Virus record (IMG/VR): IMGVR_UViG_3300020045_002918
Coordinates: 1-48,359 of that record
DNA from: a virus
Taxonomy: Duplodnaviria > Caudoviricetes
Length of the DNA: 48,359 bases
Reading direction: 5' to 3' (one strand)
Shown here piece by piece: positions 17,272-26,927 of this stretch (positions are counted from its first letter, which is position 1; each line of letters begins with the position of its first letter). The notes under the pieces are model-generated. The model saw only the letters and a list, made by a program, of their open reading frames with translations, was not told the origin of the DNA and ran no database searches. A program made the translations under genes and the position numbers.

Positions 17272-17492
17272 AAAAGTATTACAGAACCATAGAGAAGATT
17301 TTTATTGAATCATCAGAAGATGAATTTGACAAACAATTCAGGAATGATTGCGCTTTGAAATTGGCGCAATCAATGGTTCATGCGACACTTTTAAAGCGTG
17401 GTTCTGAAGAATCGATAAACAAGGTATTAGCGCAAATACCCGAAAAGGCTTATTTGCTGGCTGATGAAATGGTAAAACAAAGCAAATTATGA
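17268..17492 (+). CDS. Hypothetical phage protein
   Basis: C-terminal KAYLLADEMVK. Confidence 0.65.
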   Translation: MKKYYRTIEKIFIESSEDEFDKQFRNDCALKLAQSMVHATLLKRGSEESINKVLAQIPEKAYLLADEMVKQSKL

Positions 17493-17710
17493 AACAAGTA
17501 AGAATAAACGAGTTTAAGGAATTGTTGTTTATGAATGAATTAATGTTTGTAGAGCATATAGATTTTATAAAAGCAGATATTCCAGAGTTGGGGGAAGTAA
17601 CTTATTATCCTAAAAAAAACCGATTGAATATTCATAAGGGGAATAAGTGGGAATCAGATGGATTTTACTTTGTTAGGAATCATTTGAAAAAATTAAATGA
17701 GAAACGATAA
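17489..17710 (+). CDS. Hypothetical protein
   Basis: ATGA-coupled ORF. Confidence 0.65.
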   Translation: MKQVRINEFKELLFMNELMFVEHIDFIKADIPELGEVTYYPKKNRLNIHKGNKWESDGFYFVRNHLKKLNEKR

Positions 17711-17719
17711 ATTTTTTAA

Positions 17720-17799
17720 TACATTTGTAGGGTTATCATTCATAGACAATTTTAATTAGTTATTAGCATTAAATGCATTCTTCACGGGATGCATTTTTT
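17720..17799 (+). ncRNA. Candidate small RNA (promoter followed directly by terminator)
   Basis: TACATTTG box; hairpin AAATGCATTC/GGATGCATTT plus T-run. Confidence 0.3.
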
Positions 17800-17870
17800 G
17801 TTTTGTAAATATTTAAAAAAGTTTTATATATTTACAGTCTTAAAATTATTAACATTTAAAACCAAACATC

Positions 17871-18002
17871 ATGAAAAGAATTTTTTTATCACTCGTATTA
17901 GTTAGTAGTATGTCATTCGCAATGTCCAACGGATATTCGGAAAGAGCAAAGCCAATGAAACAGCAATTTGAAATGTGCAACATATCAACGAATTTTCCCT
18001 AA
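17871..18002 (+). CDS. Small secreted protein (43 aa), possibly extended to 18129 by a +1 frameshift
   Basis: Sec signal MKRIFLSLVLVSSMSFA; ends TTT CCC TAA. Confidence 0.5.
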   Translation: MKRIFLSLVLVSSMSFAMSNGYSERAKPMKQQFEMCNISTNFP

Positions 18003-18157
18003 CACGGCTTTTGTTGAACAAAAAGAAATATACTTCAGGGAGGAAAAGCAGATACAATGTTTTCCAAAGTCAAGTGAAACCGTAAAGACGGTATTATTGA
18101 AAAGTAAGTTGCCAATAGTTGGTCTTTAAAACCAAAAACTTATAAAATTATATATTC

Positions 18158-18188
18158 AAAAAACCGTCCGAAAGTGGGCGGTTTTTTT
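18158..18188 (+). terminator. Intrinsic terminator
   Basis: AAACCGTCC-gaaagt-GGGCGGTTT plus T-run. Confidence 0.7.
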
Positions 18189-18293
18189 ATTTTATGATAT
18201 TAAATAAAAAATGTTATAAATTTGTACAGACTTCAAGGGGATAGACAGTCGTTATATCTTAAAAATCAATTATTAATTTAAAATTTACTTATT

Positions 18294-18920
18294 ATGGATT
18301 GCAATTGTCCAGAAAGTTCGGCATTGACCGACATCGTAGCGGAAAACTGCGTGGTTAACTTTGGTCAAATTCAAAAGAATGCTTTTCAAAGAGCAGGAGA
18401 TGAATTTGATGTTGCGGGAACGCCAACCCCTTCAGATATTACTTTACTTTCAGTTTGGCAAGCTAAAACAACAGCGGTTGACGGTGAAAAAATTGTAATT
18501 ACTCCATTTATTGGCGGTGATCCAGTTATAGAAGCGGGAGAAGCGATAACAGTTGGAGGCGGGGACAACTCAACCTTAAACGGAGTTGTTGAAGTTCAAG
18601 GCGTAAACCCTTCATCTTTTTCATGTGTATTCAAAGGTTTGTCTTCAAAAGTTGAATCTGATATGAAGAAACTAATTTGCGAAAAAAACTTAGTTGTTTA
18701 TTTCTTCTTACAAGGTGGAAAGATTGCTGCTAAAAACACAGGAACTGGAAAGTATCAAGGTTTCCCAATCCAATCAATGTTCGTTTCAGACAGAAACAAT
18801 GCAGGATTTGGAACAAGCGACACGGTAACAATGACGTTCAGTTTAGCGGAAGGATGGTCAAATGATGCTGAAATTATCACACCAGCTTTCAACCCTTTGA
18901 TTGATTTGGTTGTCGTTTAA
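18294..18920 (+). CDS. Virion structural protein, probable major tail tube
   Basis: 208 aa, acidic, G/T/V beta-rich; first gene after TAAATTTG; no other tube candidate near the chaperone. Confidence 0.5.
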   Translation: MDCNCPESSALTDIVAENCVVNFGQIQKNAFQRAGDEFDVAGTPTPSDITLLSVWQAKTTAVDGEKIVITPFIGGDPVIEAGEAITVGGGDNSTLNGVVEVQGVNPSSFSCVFKGLSSKVESDMKKLICEKNLVVYFFLQGGKIAAKNTGTGKYQGFPIQSMFVSDRNNAGFGTSDTVTMTFSLAEGWSNDAEIITPAFNPLIDLVVV

Positions 18921-18938
18921 TAATTAACAACAGAAATT

Positions 18939-19238
18939 ATGGAAAATCAGAAAGTATCTTTAAAAGCAAAAGACCAGAAAAAAGGCGAAACCGTTTCGTT
19001 TACAGTTGGTCAAGCTAACAAACTTTTAAAGAATCCATTTTCAAAATGGGAATTGGAAGACAAGGAATGGGCTTGGAACGGTTTGGAATTGGCGAAAGCT
19101 TCACAAGAAGAAGTGAAAAAAGAGGAAGTGAAAGAAGTTGGAGAACCAATAAAAGCTGAAGAGCCAGCAAAAGAAATTCCTGAAGAGCAGTCAAAGCCAC
19201 AAACGGCAAAAAATTCAAAAGACATTCAAAAAGATTAA
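18939..19238 (+). CDS. Hypothetical protein
   Basis: Low-complexity K/E C-terminus. Confidence 0.65.
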   Translation: MENQKVSLKAKDQKKGETVSFTVGQANKLLKNPFSKWELEDKEWAWNGLELAKASQEEVKKEEVKEVGEPIKAEEPAKEIPEEQSKPQTAKNSKDIQKD

Positions 19239-19241
19239 AAC

Positions 19242-20996
19242 ATGATATTGAGCGAAACACAGGCAAAGGATGTTTTAATCACTCCAAAGTCAAAAAAGGA
19301 AATACAGGCAGTTAAACGGCTGGAATCACAATTGCGAGTGTGTACGGAAGAAATGTCGTTGGCTGAATTACAAAAAGAAGAATATTGGGATTGTTTAATG
19401 ACTATCATGAAAGCAAGATCAGAAAAGAAATTCGACAGAGTAATGAAGTTTGCCCGTTATCCTTTGCCAGTCGTTCAATTGTCTGATTCAATACTAAGCG
19501 ATTTCTTTAGAGTTTTTGAAGGCAAAAACAGATTTTTCAATGTTGACGGTGATAGGGATGTGGTAAGGTTGGATATGTGGATTGAAGACAACAAACCCGC
19601 AAAATGGATTGAAAAATATGCCAAACAAGTTTTTAAAAACAAGCCAAATTCTTTTGTTGTAGTTGATACGAAAGCAGATGGAACGCCTTATTTGGTTTTT
19701 GTAGATTCAAATAGGTTAATTGATGCAGTAATAAAAGACAATGAAGGGAATTGCGAATACATAGCCTTTATACATTCGCAAGAAGAAAGCGCAAACGGTG
19801 AAGTCATTACGACTTTTTTTTCTGTTTATGATGAATTGAATTATTATGTGTTTTCAAAAGATTCAAACACGGATGTTATTACAACAATTTCAGTTGTTGC
19901 ACATGGTGTGGGTTATTGTCCAGCAAAATCATTTATCAAGACAGTATCAAATCAAAAGAACAAGTTTAAAAGGCGTGTTGCATTTTCACCAGCAATATCA
20001 AAACTTGAAGATTGGATAATATTTGATATTTTCAGAAATTATGTTGACCATTACGCCCCGTTTCCTGTTACTGAATCACCCCGTAATAAATGCGCTAATG
20101 ATGAATGCGTAAACGGAAAAGTTAAAACTGAAGTCATTGACCCATCTAACGGAGAAGTTGCAAGTGTAACATTTAGCGATTGCCAAGCATGCGGGGGAAC
20201 AGACAACGGACAACACATTTACCCTGGCACACACATTGGAATCACACTTCAAAGCGAAAAAGGAGCGGAAGACGGTTCGGGAAAATTCAAAATGATATTT
20301 CCAGATGTTGACAAACTAAATTATGTTCCTGAAAAATTAAACGCAATTGAATTAGATGTTAGATATAAAACAGTTGGTGTAAATAGTTTGCTATCGAATG
20401 AAGCAGTAAACGAACTACAAGCGAAAGGCTCATTTGAATCAATGGAATCTGTTTTATTACGAACCAAAGGAGAAATGGACGCTTTGTATAAATGGATTGT
20501 GATAACGGTTGGTAGATTGATATACAAAGATGTTTATGTGGATGTAGATGCTAATTTCGGAACTGAATTTTATTTAATTTCGGAAGAAGATTTGCAAAAG
20601 CGTTTCGATAATGCAAAAAAGATTGGGTTGCCAATGGAAGAAATCATGATGATTTATATGCAGATAATCGAAACGAAATATAAAGGGAATGAGTTGAAAA
20701 TACAACGCCAAAAAATGCTTTTAGAACTTGACCCGTTGCCTTTAGTTTCTACAACAGAGGCTGTTGAATTAAACGGAAAAGGATTCATTGATGATTTTGA
20801 TTTAATACAAAAAATCAATTTCTTAAATTTTATTACTAAATTTGAACACGAAAACGGAGCAATTACACAATTTGGGTCAAACTTAGAGCATTCAAAAGTA
20901 GTTGAGATTATTAAAGAAAATTTAAATATTTACACAAATGAAACAATTACAAGCAAACAATTATTCAAACGCCCAGAAGGAGCTGGAGGCAATTGA
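19242..20996 (+). CDS. Portal protein
   Basis: 584 aa, upstream of scaffold and capsid genes; internal CANDEC/CQACGG insertion. Confidence 0.7.
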   Translation: MILSETQAKDVLITPKSKKEIQAVKRLESQLRVCTEEMSLAELQKEEYWDCLMTIMKARSEKKFDRVMKFARYPLPVVQLSDSILSDFFRVFEGKNRFFNVDGDRDVVRLDMWIEDNKPAKWIEKYAKQVFKNKPNSFVVVDTKADGTPYLVFVDSNRLIDAVIKDNEGNCEYIAFIHSQEESANGEVITTFFSVYDELNYYVFSKDSNTDVITTISVVAHGVGYCPAKSFIKTVSNQKNKFKRRVAFSPAISKLEDWIIFDIFRNYVDHYAPFPVTESPRNKCANDECVNGKVKTEVIDPSNGEVASVTFSDCQACGGTDNGQHIYPGTHIGITLQSEKGAEDGSGKFKMIFPDVDKLNYVPEKLNAIELDVRYKTVGVNSLLSNEAVNELQAKGSFESMESVLLRTKGEMDALYKWIVITVGRLIYKDVYVDVDANFGTEFYLISEEDLQKRFDNAKKIGLPMEEIMMIYMQIIETKYKGNELKIQRQKMLLELDPLPLVSTTEAVELNGKGFIDDFDLIQKINFLNFITKFEHENGAITQFGSNLEHSKVVEIIKENLNIYTNETITSKQLFKRPEGAGGN

Positions 20997-21555
20997 AAAA
21001 GGATTAGGCGGGAAAGTTAGTGAACAAGTTTCGCCAAATGATTCAAAACATTATCATGTTGCGCTAGTTCGAATATTCGACAAGCCAGGCGAAGCAAAAA
21101 ACGAAGTTTCAGTCGTATTGCAAAAGTATCATAAAGAAGCTTTTGAGAAACTTGAAAAAAACTTCATGTTTCAAGGAATTCACAAATTAGTTATTGTGCA
21201 TGATCCAACAAAAGAAATTGCTGAAGCGCAAGGACAACAGCCAACAGCAAGTACAGGAACGCAAACAAAAACAGCTGAAGAAATTGAAGCAGAAATAAAA
21301 GCGGGAATTGAGGCGGGAATATCTGCAAGATTAGAATTAATTAAAAATGATTCAGGAACAGCAGGAGAAGGAGCAGGAACGCAAACAAAAACAGCTGAAG
21401 AATTAAGATTTGACACTTTAGTAACTGAAGGGAAAGTGGATGAATTGAAAGCATACGCAACAGAAAAAGAAATTGATTTAACTGGAGTTACTGACAAGAA
21501 ATCAATAGTTTTGGCGATTACCGCTTGGGGGGAAGACCCAGAGAATAAAAAATAA
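20938..21555 (+). CDS. Head-associated protein with C-terminal HeH/Rho-N-like helix pair
   Basis: KVDELKAYATEKEIDLTGVTDKKSIVLAI; duplicated GTQTKTAEE. Confidence 0.6.
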   Translation: MKQLQANNYSNAQKELEAIEKGLGGKVSEQVSPNDSKHYHVALVRIFDKPGEAKNEVSVVLQKYHKEAFEKLEKNFMFQGIHKLVIVHDPTKEIAEAQGQQPTASTGTQTKTAEEIEAEIKAGIEAGISARLELIKNDSGTAGEGAGTQTKTAEELRFDTLVTEGKVDELKAYATEKEIDLTGVTDKKSIVLAITAWGEDPENKK

Positions 21556-21592
21556 TAAACAAACTAAATATTAATCCATAAAAAGGGAAAAG

Positions 21593-22561
21593 ATGGAAAA
21601 AGAAGCAATCATTGAAGCATTTAAGGCTAATCCTGCATTAGTTGGGGAAATTTTACCGTCAATTACTGATGCTGAACCAGTAAAACAGTTAATTGAAAAC
21701 AAATCAAATGTTTTATTCGAAGAGAAGATCGGAGAAAAAATAAAAGAAGTTCATCAAAAATACGATGATGATTTATTCGAAACTTTGGGCGTAAGAGCAG
21801 GAACAACCGAAAGTGGAGCAAAGCAAAAGACTTATGAAGTTGTTAAAACTAAATTAGTTGAATTAAAAACATTACAAGGGCAAAAGGATAGTCTTAACAA
21901 AGATGCTGAAGTTATCAAATTGAAAGGAGAAATTGAAGTTTTGAAAACTACAGGAGGCGGGAAAGAGTTTAAAGAAATGCTTGAAACATCGAAAACGCAA
22001 TGGGAAGCCAAAGAAACTGAATATAAAAAACAGCTTCAAACAGCAAACCAAAGCAAAGAAGATTTTCAAAAATCAGTTTCAATAAAAACAGCCTTCAGCG
22101 GTTTGAAATTCAATCCAGATGTTCCAGAATCAGCAAGAAAAGCAATTGTTGATAATGTTGAAAAAGAATTGGTTAAAAATTCTAAACTAAACGAAGACGG
22201 GAAATTGGTTTTTTTAGGAGAAGACGGAAAAATATTAATGAATGCACAATATCAGCCAAAAACAGCTGAAGAAGTATTGGAATCATTAGCCGTAATAAAA
22301 GATATTTCTTTGAAAGACGGAAACAAAGGCGGTGGCGCAAAAGAAGAAATCACAGGATCAATAAAAACAATCAAGGTCGAAGGGAAAGACGATGCTAAAA
22401 AACTTATTTTACCTGAAGGAATCAAAACGAAAAAAGAATTTACTGAACAAGCTGAAAAGGCTTTATTAGCTTCAGGGATTACGAAACGTGATGTTTTATT
22501 CAATAAATTAAAAGATGAAGCTTACATTGATTTAGAAATCGGAAAACTGCCATTGCAATAA
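21593..22561 (+). CDS. Capsid scaffolding protein
   Basis: Coiled-coil with KGGG linker, directly before the capsid gene. Confidence 0.65.
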   Translation: MEKEAIIEAFKANPALVGEILPSITDAEPVKQLIENKSNVLFEEKIGEKIKEVHQKYDDDLFETLGVRAGTTESGAKQKTYEVVKTKLVELKTLQGQKDSLNKDAEVIKLKGEIEVLKTTGGGKEFKEMLETSKTQWEAKETEYKKQLQTANQSKEDFQKSVSIKTAFSGLKFNPDVPESARKAIVDNVEKELVKNSKLNEDGKLVFLGEDGKILMNAQYQPKTAEEVLESLAVIKDISLKDGNKGGGAKEEITGSIKTIKVEGKDDAKKLILPEGIKTKKEFTEQAEKALLASGITKRDVLFNKLKDEAYIDLEIGKLPLQ

Positions 22562-22596
22562 TTTTAATTATTGTTTAATTTAAAAAACTAGAAAGA

Positions 22597-23661
22597 ATGA
22601 GTTTAATAGCAACTTATTTACAGGACATTAGAGTAAATTACCCTTCGAACCTTGACAGAGATGAATTAAGATTGACACAAACAGGGCTTTTGACTGCTGT
22701 TTTGAACATGACAAATTCACAAAGTTCAATTGTTTCACAAGACTTAATCAACAAGGCGGAAGTTTCTGAAGGAAGAAACCTTGATGTTCCAGTCATGACA
22801 AAAGGAACAATCACAATTACGAACGCCCGTTCTTGTACAATCGGGGGCGGTCAATCAAATTCAGCCTTAGTGCGTGTGGTATGGAAAACGGTTGTTGCTG
22901 ATATTTTGATGGTTCCTTCTCAATATGAAAAAAACCAAATTGGTTATTTAGCCGATTTAAACAAGAAGTTGAGAGAAACAGCGGAAGCATTCAAAATTGA
23001 GATTGAAAACGATTTGGACACGGCTTTGGACACAAACAAATCACAGATTTACAATTCTTCAATTGTTACGACAAAGTACACAATGGCAGGAAATGCAATT
23101 CAAGTATTGCCAGAGCAAACGGATTTCTTCTTCAATGACTTAGAAAGTATTAATTACTCCGATGATTTTTACACTTCGCCTATTAAGATTATTTCTAGCC
23201 CAACCATTATGCCAACGGTTATGAAGTACATCAATCAAGGGACTGGAAATGCTGTAAATACAACATTTCAATTTGCTGGAAAAGATTTTACTTTCTCAAA
23301 CCGTGTAACAAATGGAGCGGGAACGCTTGGAACAGGGTATTTTATGAGTGATGGATCGGTGGGGTTATTGACCCGTGTTGCAGTTGATTCAAGATTGGGT
23401 CATAAAGCAGGGGACGGAACGGAATGGCTTGAAGAAACTATCCCAACAATGCCTTTCCCAATCGGAATTCAATACAAATCACAATGTTCTGACCAATCAG
23501 CGTTGGAAGCATCAGGATTAGGACATTTGAAAGCTACATTAGCAGAACATTATCAATTATCTTTCGATTATGCGATAATTGTTCCTTACAACTCTAATAT
23601 AGCAACGAAACCAAGTGTAATTCGTAAATTCGAATTTATCCCAACGCCTGTAATTCCTTAA
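22597..23661 (+). CDS. Major capsid protein
   Basis: 354 aa after the scaffold and followed by a strong terminator. Confidence 0.75.
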   Translation: MSLIATYLQDIRVNYPSNLDRDELRLTQTGLLTAVLNMTNSQSSIVSQDLINKAEVSEGRNLDVPVMTKGTITITNARSCTIGGGQSNSALVRVVWKTVVADILMVPSQYEKNQIGYLADLNKKLRETAEAFKIEIENDLDTALDTNKSQIYNSSIVTTKYTMAGNAIQVLPEQTDFFFNDLESINYSDDFYTSPIKIISSPTIMPTVMKYINQGTGNAVNTTFQFAGKDFTFSNRVTNGAGTLGTGYFMSDGSVGLLTRVAVDSRLGHKAGDGTEWLEETIPTMPFPIGIQYKSQCSDQSALEASGLGHLKATLAEHYQLSFDYAIIVPYNSNIATKPSVIRKFEFIPTPVIP

Positions 23662-23690
23662 CAGGAAGGATTGGAAAGATTCAATAAATC

Positions 23691-23732
23691 AAACGCCATT
23701 TGATTCCGTTTAGGTTTTGAATGGCGTTTTTT
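23691..23732 (+). terminator. Intrinsic terminator after the capsid gene
   Basis: AAACGCCATT...AATGGCGTTT plus T-run. Confidence 0.75.
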
Positions 23733-23755
23733 AATAATTTAAAAACAGACATAAT

Positions 23756-24892
23756 ATGTTTAATTCTAGTAAAGTTGTAGAAGCATATAAAAATTTATTG
23801 GGCTGGAAGCAGTCTTATGATACATCGATTGTGATTGACGATGATTTATTGACCACAAATTCAGGGGAATATTACAACCAAAAACACCCAGCTTTAGACC
23901 CTGTTATAATTCAAACGCTTTTACCGCCATCATATACAATAAATAGATATTTGCGGGATAAAGTAACCGATTCATCAAATGAGATTTTCAATGATTTGAT
24001 TCAATATAGACAATTGCAGGAATACGGGAAAACAATTTTAGAGCAATCAGTATTGTTAAACAAATATGGTTGGGTAAATGATAAGATTACAAATCAAAGC
24101 AGATTTGTTGGTTTGCAAATAAGACCACGAACAATGACGGCATTAAGTGCGGTTATTAACGAAATTGGATTGCAGTTTGCAGGAGAAGAAATTTTCAACA
24201 TGTATTTGTTTCATTCTTCACAATCAGAACCGTTAAAAGTTTTTGAGGTAACTACAACGGGGAATAATTCTTGGGATTGGACAATACAAGATTTAGAATT
24301 GTCCGCATTTCTTAGTGAAAAATATATGGGCGGGGTTTTTATATTGGGATATTATCAAGATGAAATCGCTTCAAATGCGATAAACTATTCGAATTTCAAT
24401 TGGTCAAATGGAGTTTGTGGCGGATGTAATGACCCGCACATTAACACATGGCGATCAATAAATAATAATTTTAGTGTTTATCCATTATATGTTCCGTATG
24501 GCTCTTATGTGATTGGAGAAATGTTTGACATGAATAATGTACTATACAGCCAAGATCAATCATTCGGAATAAATTTAAAATTCACAGTAAGATGTGATTT
24601 AACTGATTTCTTTGTACAAAACAAATTTGCATTTAAAAATTTACTTGCATTGAAAGTTGTTTGGCAGATTTTAAACGACATGAAGTTTTCACAGCAGATA
24701 AACGCAATTGAAGAAAATGTAAAAATGATGATAATTAGAGATTTGGAAGGGGATATTGATACAAAATTGACTAATATTCCAACACAATATCAGAAAGAGT
24801 TGAAAGCGGTATCTTATAACATTTCAGGAATAAACCCAAAATGTTTGCCATGTACCGACAAAGCTTATGCACCAGTTTACGGAAATGTATAG
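23756..24892 (+). CDS. Head-tail adaptor-like structural protein
   Basis: Position after the capsid gene. Confidence 0.5.
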   Translation: MFNSSKVVEAYKNLLGWKQSYDTSIVIDDDLLTTNSGEYYNQKHPALDPVIIQTLLPPSYTINRYLRDKVTDSSNEIFNDLIQYRQLQEYGKTILEQSVLLNKYGWVNDKITNQSRFVGLQIRPRTMTALSAVINEIGLQFAGEEIFNMYLFHSSQSEPLKVFEVTTTGNNSWDWTIQDLELSAFLSEKYMGGVFILGYYQDEIASNAINYSNFNWSNGVCGGCNDPHINTWRSINNNFSVYPLYVPYGSYVIGEMFDMNNVLYSQDQSFGINLKFTVRCDLTDFFVQNKFAFKNLLALKVVWQILNDMKFSQQINAIEENVKMMIIRDLEGDIDTKLTNIPTQYQKELKAVSYNISGINPKCLPCTDKAYAPVYGNV

Positions 24893-24895
24893 ATT

Positions 24896-25330
24896 ATGTT
24901 TAAGGAGCAATTACAATTTTTAGATGAATTCGAAGCTAATTTATATAAGCAGTTTGAAAAAGCTGTAATTGATTATGATTTCGTAATGAAAGATTATATT
25001 ATAAATAAGCAATTATTCAGGGAAGGAATTGACGGGGACGGGGTTAAATTGCCAGGGTATAAAAGAACAACAATAAGACTAAAAATTGCAAAAGGTGATC
25101 CAGCAGACAGAACGACATTAAGAGATTCAGGACAATTTTACGCACACATTCAAATTGATGCGTTTTCTGATCGTTTTGAGGTAAGTTCTAACATTCCATA
25201 CGATGAATTTATTTTAAAGCGTTACGGAAGAGATATTCTAAAAATAACAAATGAAAATATGAATGATTTTATGACAACTTATTTTCTACCAAATTTAAAA
25301 AACTATGTCAACAACATCTTTGCAATTTAA
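24896..25330 (+). CDS. Neck/virion morphogenesis protein
   Basis: Y..TTIRLK..TLRDSGQF motif and position. Confidence 0.55.
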   Translation: MFKEQLQFLDEFEANLYKQFEKAVIDYDFVMKDYIINKQLFREGIDGDGVKLPGYKRTTIRLKIAKGDPADRTTLRDSGQFYAHIQIDAFSDRFEVSSNIPYDEFILKRYGRDILKITNENMNDFMTTYFLPNLKNYVNNIFAI

Positions 25331-25910
25331 ACCAATAGTAGTTGGAACACCAATTGAAATTGGGAAAGCAATAAATGAAATACGATTAAAGCTTGCGACA
25401 TTGACTTGGATTAATAGACCATTTTTCATTGCGCAAAGATTTTATAGAAAAACAGATCAAAAAGTTTTTTATTATCCAGAAACTTACACAACAGAGCCGA
25501 TAAAAGATTCAGGCGGAAAATATACAAGAAGCTATCAGAGGCTAACGCCTGACAATGATTATTTTGGAATGTTTTTTTTTATGGTTGGTGCAAGTAGAAA
25601 TCAATTTGATGCGCCAAAACAGAATTATATTACTTATCCTGTTTCTATTATATTTTCGGTAAATTTGGAATTAATTGATTCTTTTAAATTAAATGACGGT
25701 TTATTTACATGGGAATTAATAAAAGAAGCAAGAAGGATTTTAACAGAAAATAAATTTGCTTTTGGATTTACTTATGTTTTGAAAAGTGAAACTACTGATT
25801 TAAAAGAATGTTATAAGGAATTTGCATTAGAAGATTTGGAAAGTTACAACCGTGCGCCTTTGCAATGTTTTAGATTTGATTTAGATGTAACAATTTTAGA
25901 AGACTGTTAA
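25305..25910 (+). CDS. Tail terminator-like protein
   Basis: Position before the chaperone and tape measure. Confidence 0.45.
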   Translation: MSTTSLQFKPIVVGTPIEIGKAINEIRLKLATLTWINRPFFIAQRFYRKTDQKVFYYPETYTTEPIKDSGGKYTRSYQRLTPDNDYFGMFFFMVGASRNQFDAPKQNYITYPVSIIFSVNLELIDSFKLNDGLFTWELIKEARRILTENKFAFGFTYVLKSETTDLKECYKEFALEDLESYNRAPLQCFRFDLDVTILEDC

Positions 25911-26176
25911 TGGAAAATATAATTATAATATTGGGATTGCTTTATTTTATCGATGCTTTATTAGATAAATTTTTAATTTGGAATTGGATAGAACGGAAAG
26001 GATCAAAAGTAAAATTTAAATTCATGTATTTATTATCCCAATGCAGATTTTGTATAATGTTCCACATAGGATGGATTTTAACATTGATTTACGGAGCGAT
26101 AACAGTTTTTAAAATAGAACTGATTGTCGTTCCTTTTGTGATTTCAGGATTAACACGAATAATTGAAAAAAGATGA
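25910..26176 (+). CDS. Small membrane protein (DUF1360-like)
   Basis: Transmembrane segments with CRFC motif. Confidence 0.55.
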   Translation: MENIIIILGLLYFIDALLDKFLIWNWIERKGSKVKFKFMYLLSQCRFCIMFHIGWILTLIYGAITVFKIELIVVPFVISGLTRIIEKR

Positions 26177-26664
26177 TATACAAACATGAGAACCACGAAA
26201 TAGAGTTATTCGATTCTATACACGATTTGCCAATAATGAGATTCCAGAAGTACAATAAATATTTGATGCAAGCTTCGGAGGTTGGGAACACATTGGAAGA
26301 CTATGACGAAAAGACATTGAAAGCCGTTCAGTTCCTAAAAAAAAATATGTTGGCTGAAGCAATTCAGGAATTTGAAAACAGAAGGCAATGCGTATTTAAT
26401 GCATTAAATGAATTTTCGCCACAAGGAAAAGCATTTGCAGTATTAGTAAAAAGAATTGATAAAATAGAATACAAGGATTTCACGCCTGATTCATTAGATA
26501 GATGCTTGGTTCATTTGGATAAAATAGGATTAGGGAACGCCACATCAATTGAAAAGTTGAAGGAAGTAAAAAAAAAATCCAAACAGAACTTTATGTCTAT
26601 TTTCCAAAAGCTTTTCCGAAAGGCGGAAACAAAGAAGTTACAGCCTTACGAATTCAAAGAATGA
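26173..26664 (+). CDS. Tail assembly chaperone (G-like)
   Basis: Upstream of tape measure; A10 slippery run at 26568-26577. Confidence 0.7.
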   Translation: MIYKHENHEIELFDSIHDLPIMRFQKYNKYLMQASEVGNTLEDYDEKTLKAVQFLKKNMLAEAIQEFENRRQCVFNALNEFSPQGKAFAVLVKRIDKIEYKDFTPDSLDRCLVHLDKIGLGNATSIEKLKEVKKKSKQNFMSIFQKLFRKAETKKLQPYEFKE

Positions 26665-26927
26665 ATAATAGGTTAGATTCGATTATAAACAGGGGAGGTG
26701 ATGAAGAGGCATTGTTTAGAATTGAAAAGGAAATTTTATCACATGATAAACCGAATAATTGGAATATCTGGAAAGAAGGAAACATGGAACGAGTTTCAGA
26801 AGTTGACTTTATGAAATTTGGAATTGCAGTAACAAGAAAAACAGGGGCGAAATTGGAAGAAATGACAATGTTTGCTTTTTATTCAACGGTGGAATTATTA
26901 AGCGAAGAAAAACCAAAAGGAAAGTAA
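26568..26927 (+). CDS. Tail assembly chaperone, -1 frameshift extension (GT-like)
   Basis: -1 frame is open from the A10 run (KKKIQTELYVYFPK...) into ORF 26661-26927. Confidence 0.7.
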   Translation, partial: KKKIQTELYVYFPKAFPKGGNKEVTALRIQRMNNRLDSIINRGGDEEALFRIEKEILSHDKPNNWNIWKEGNMERVSEVDFMKFGIAVTRKTGAKLEEMTMFAFYSTVELLSEEKPKGK

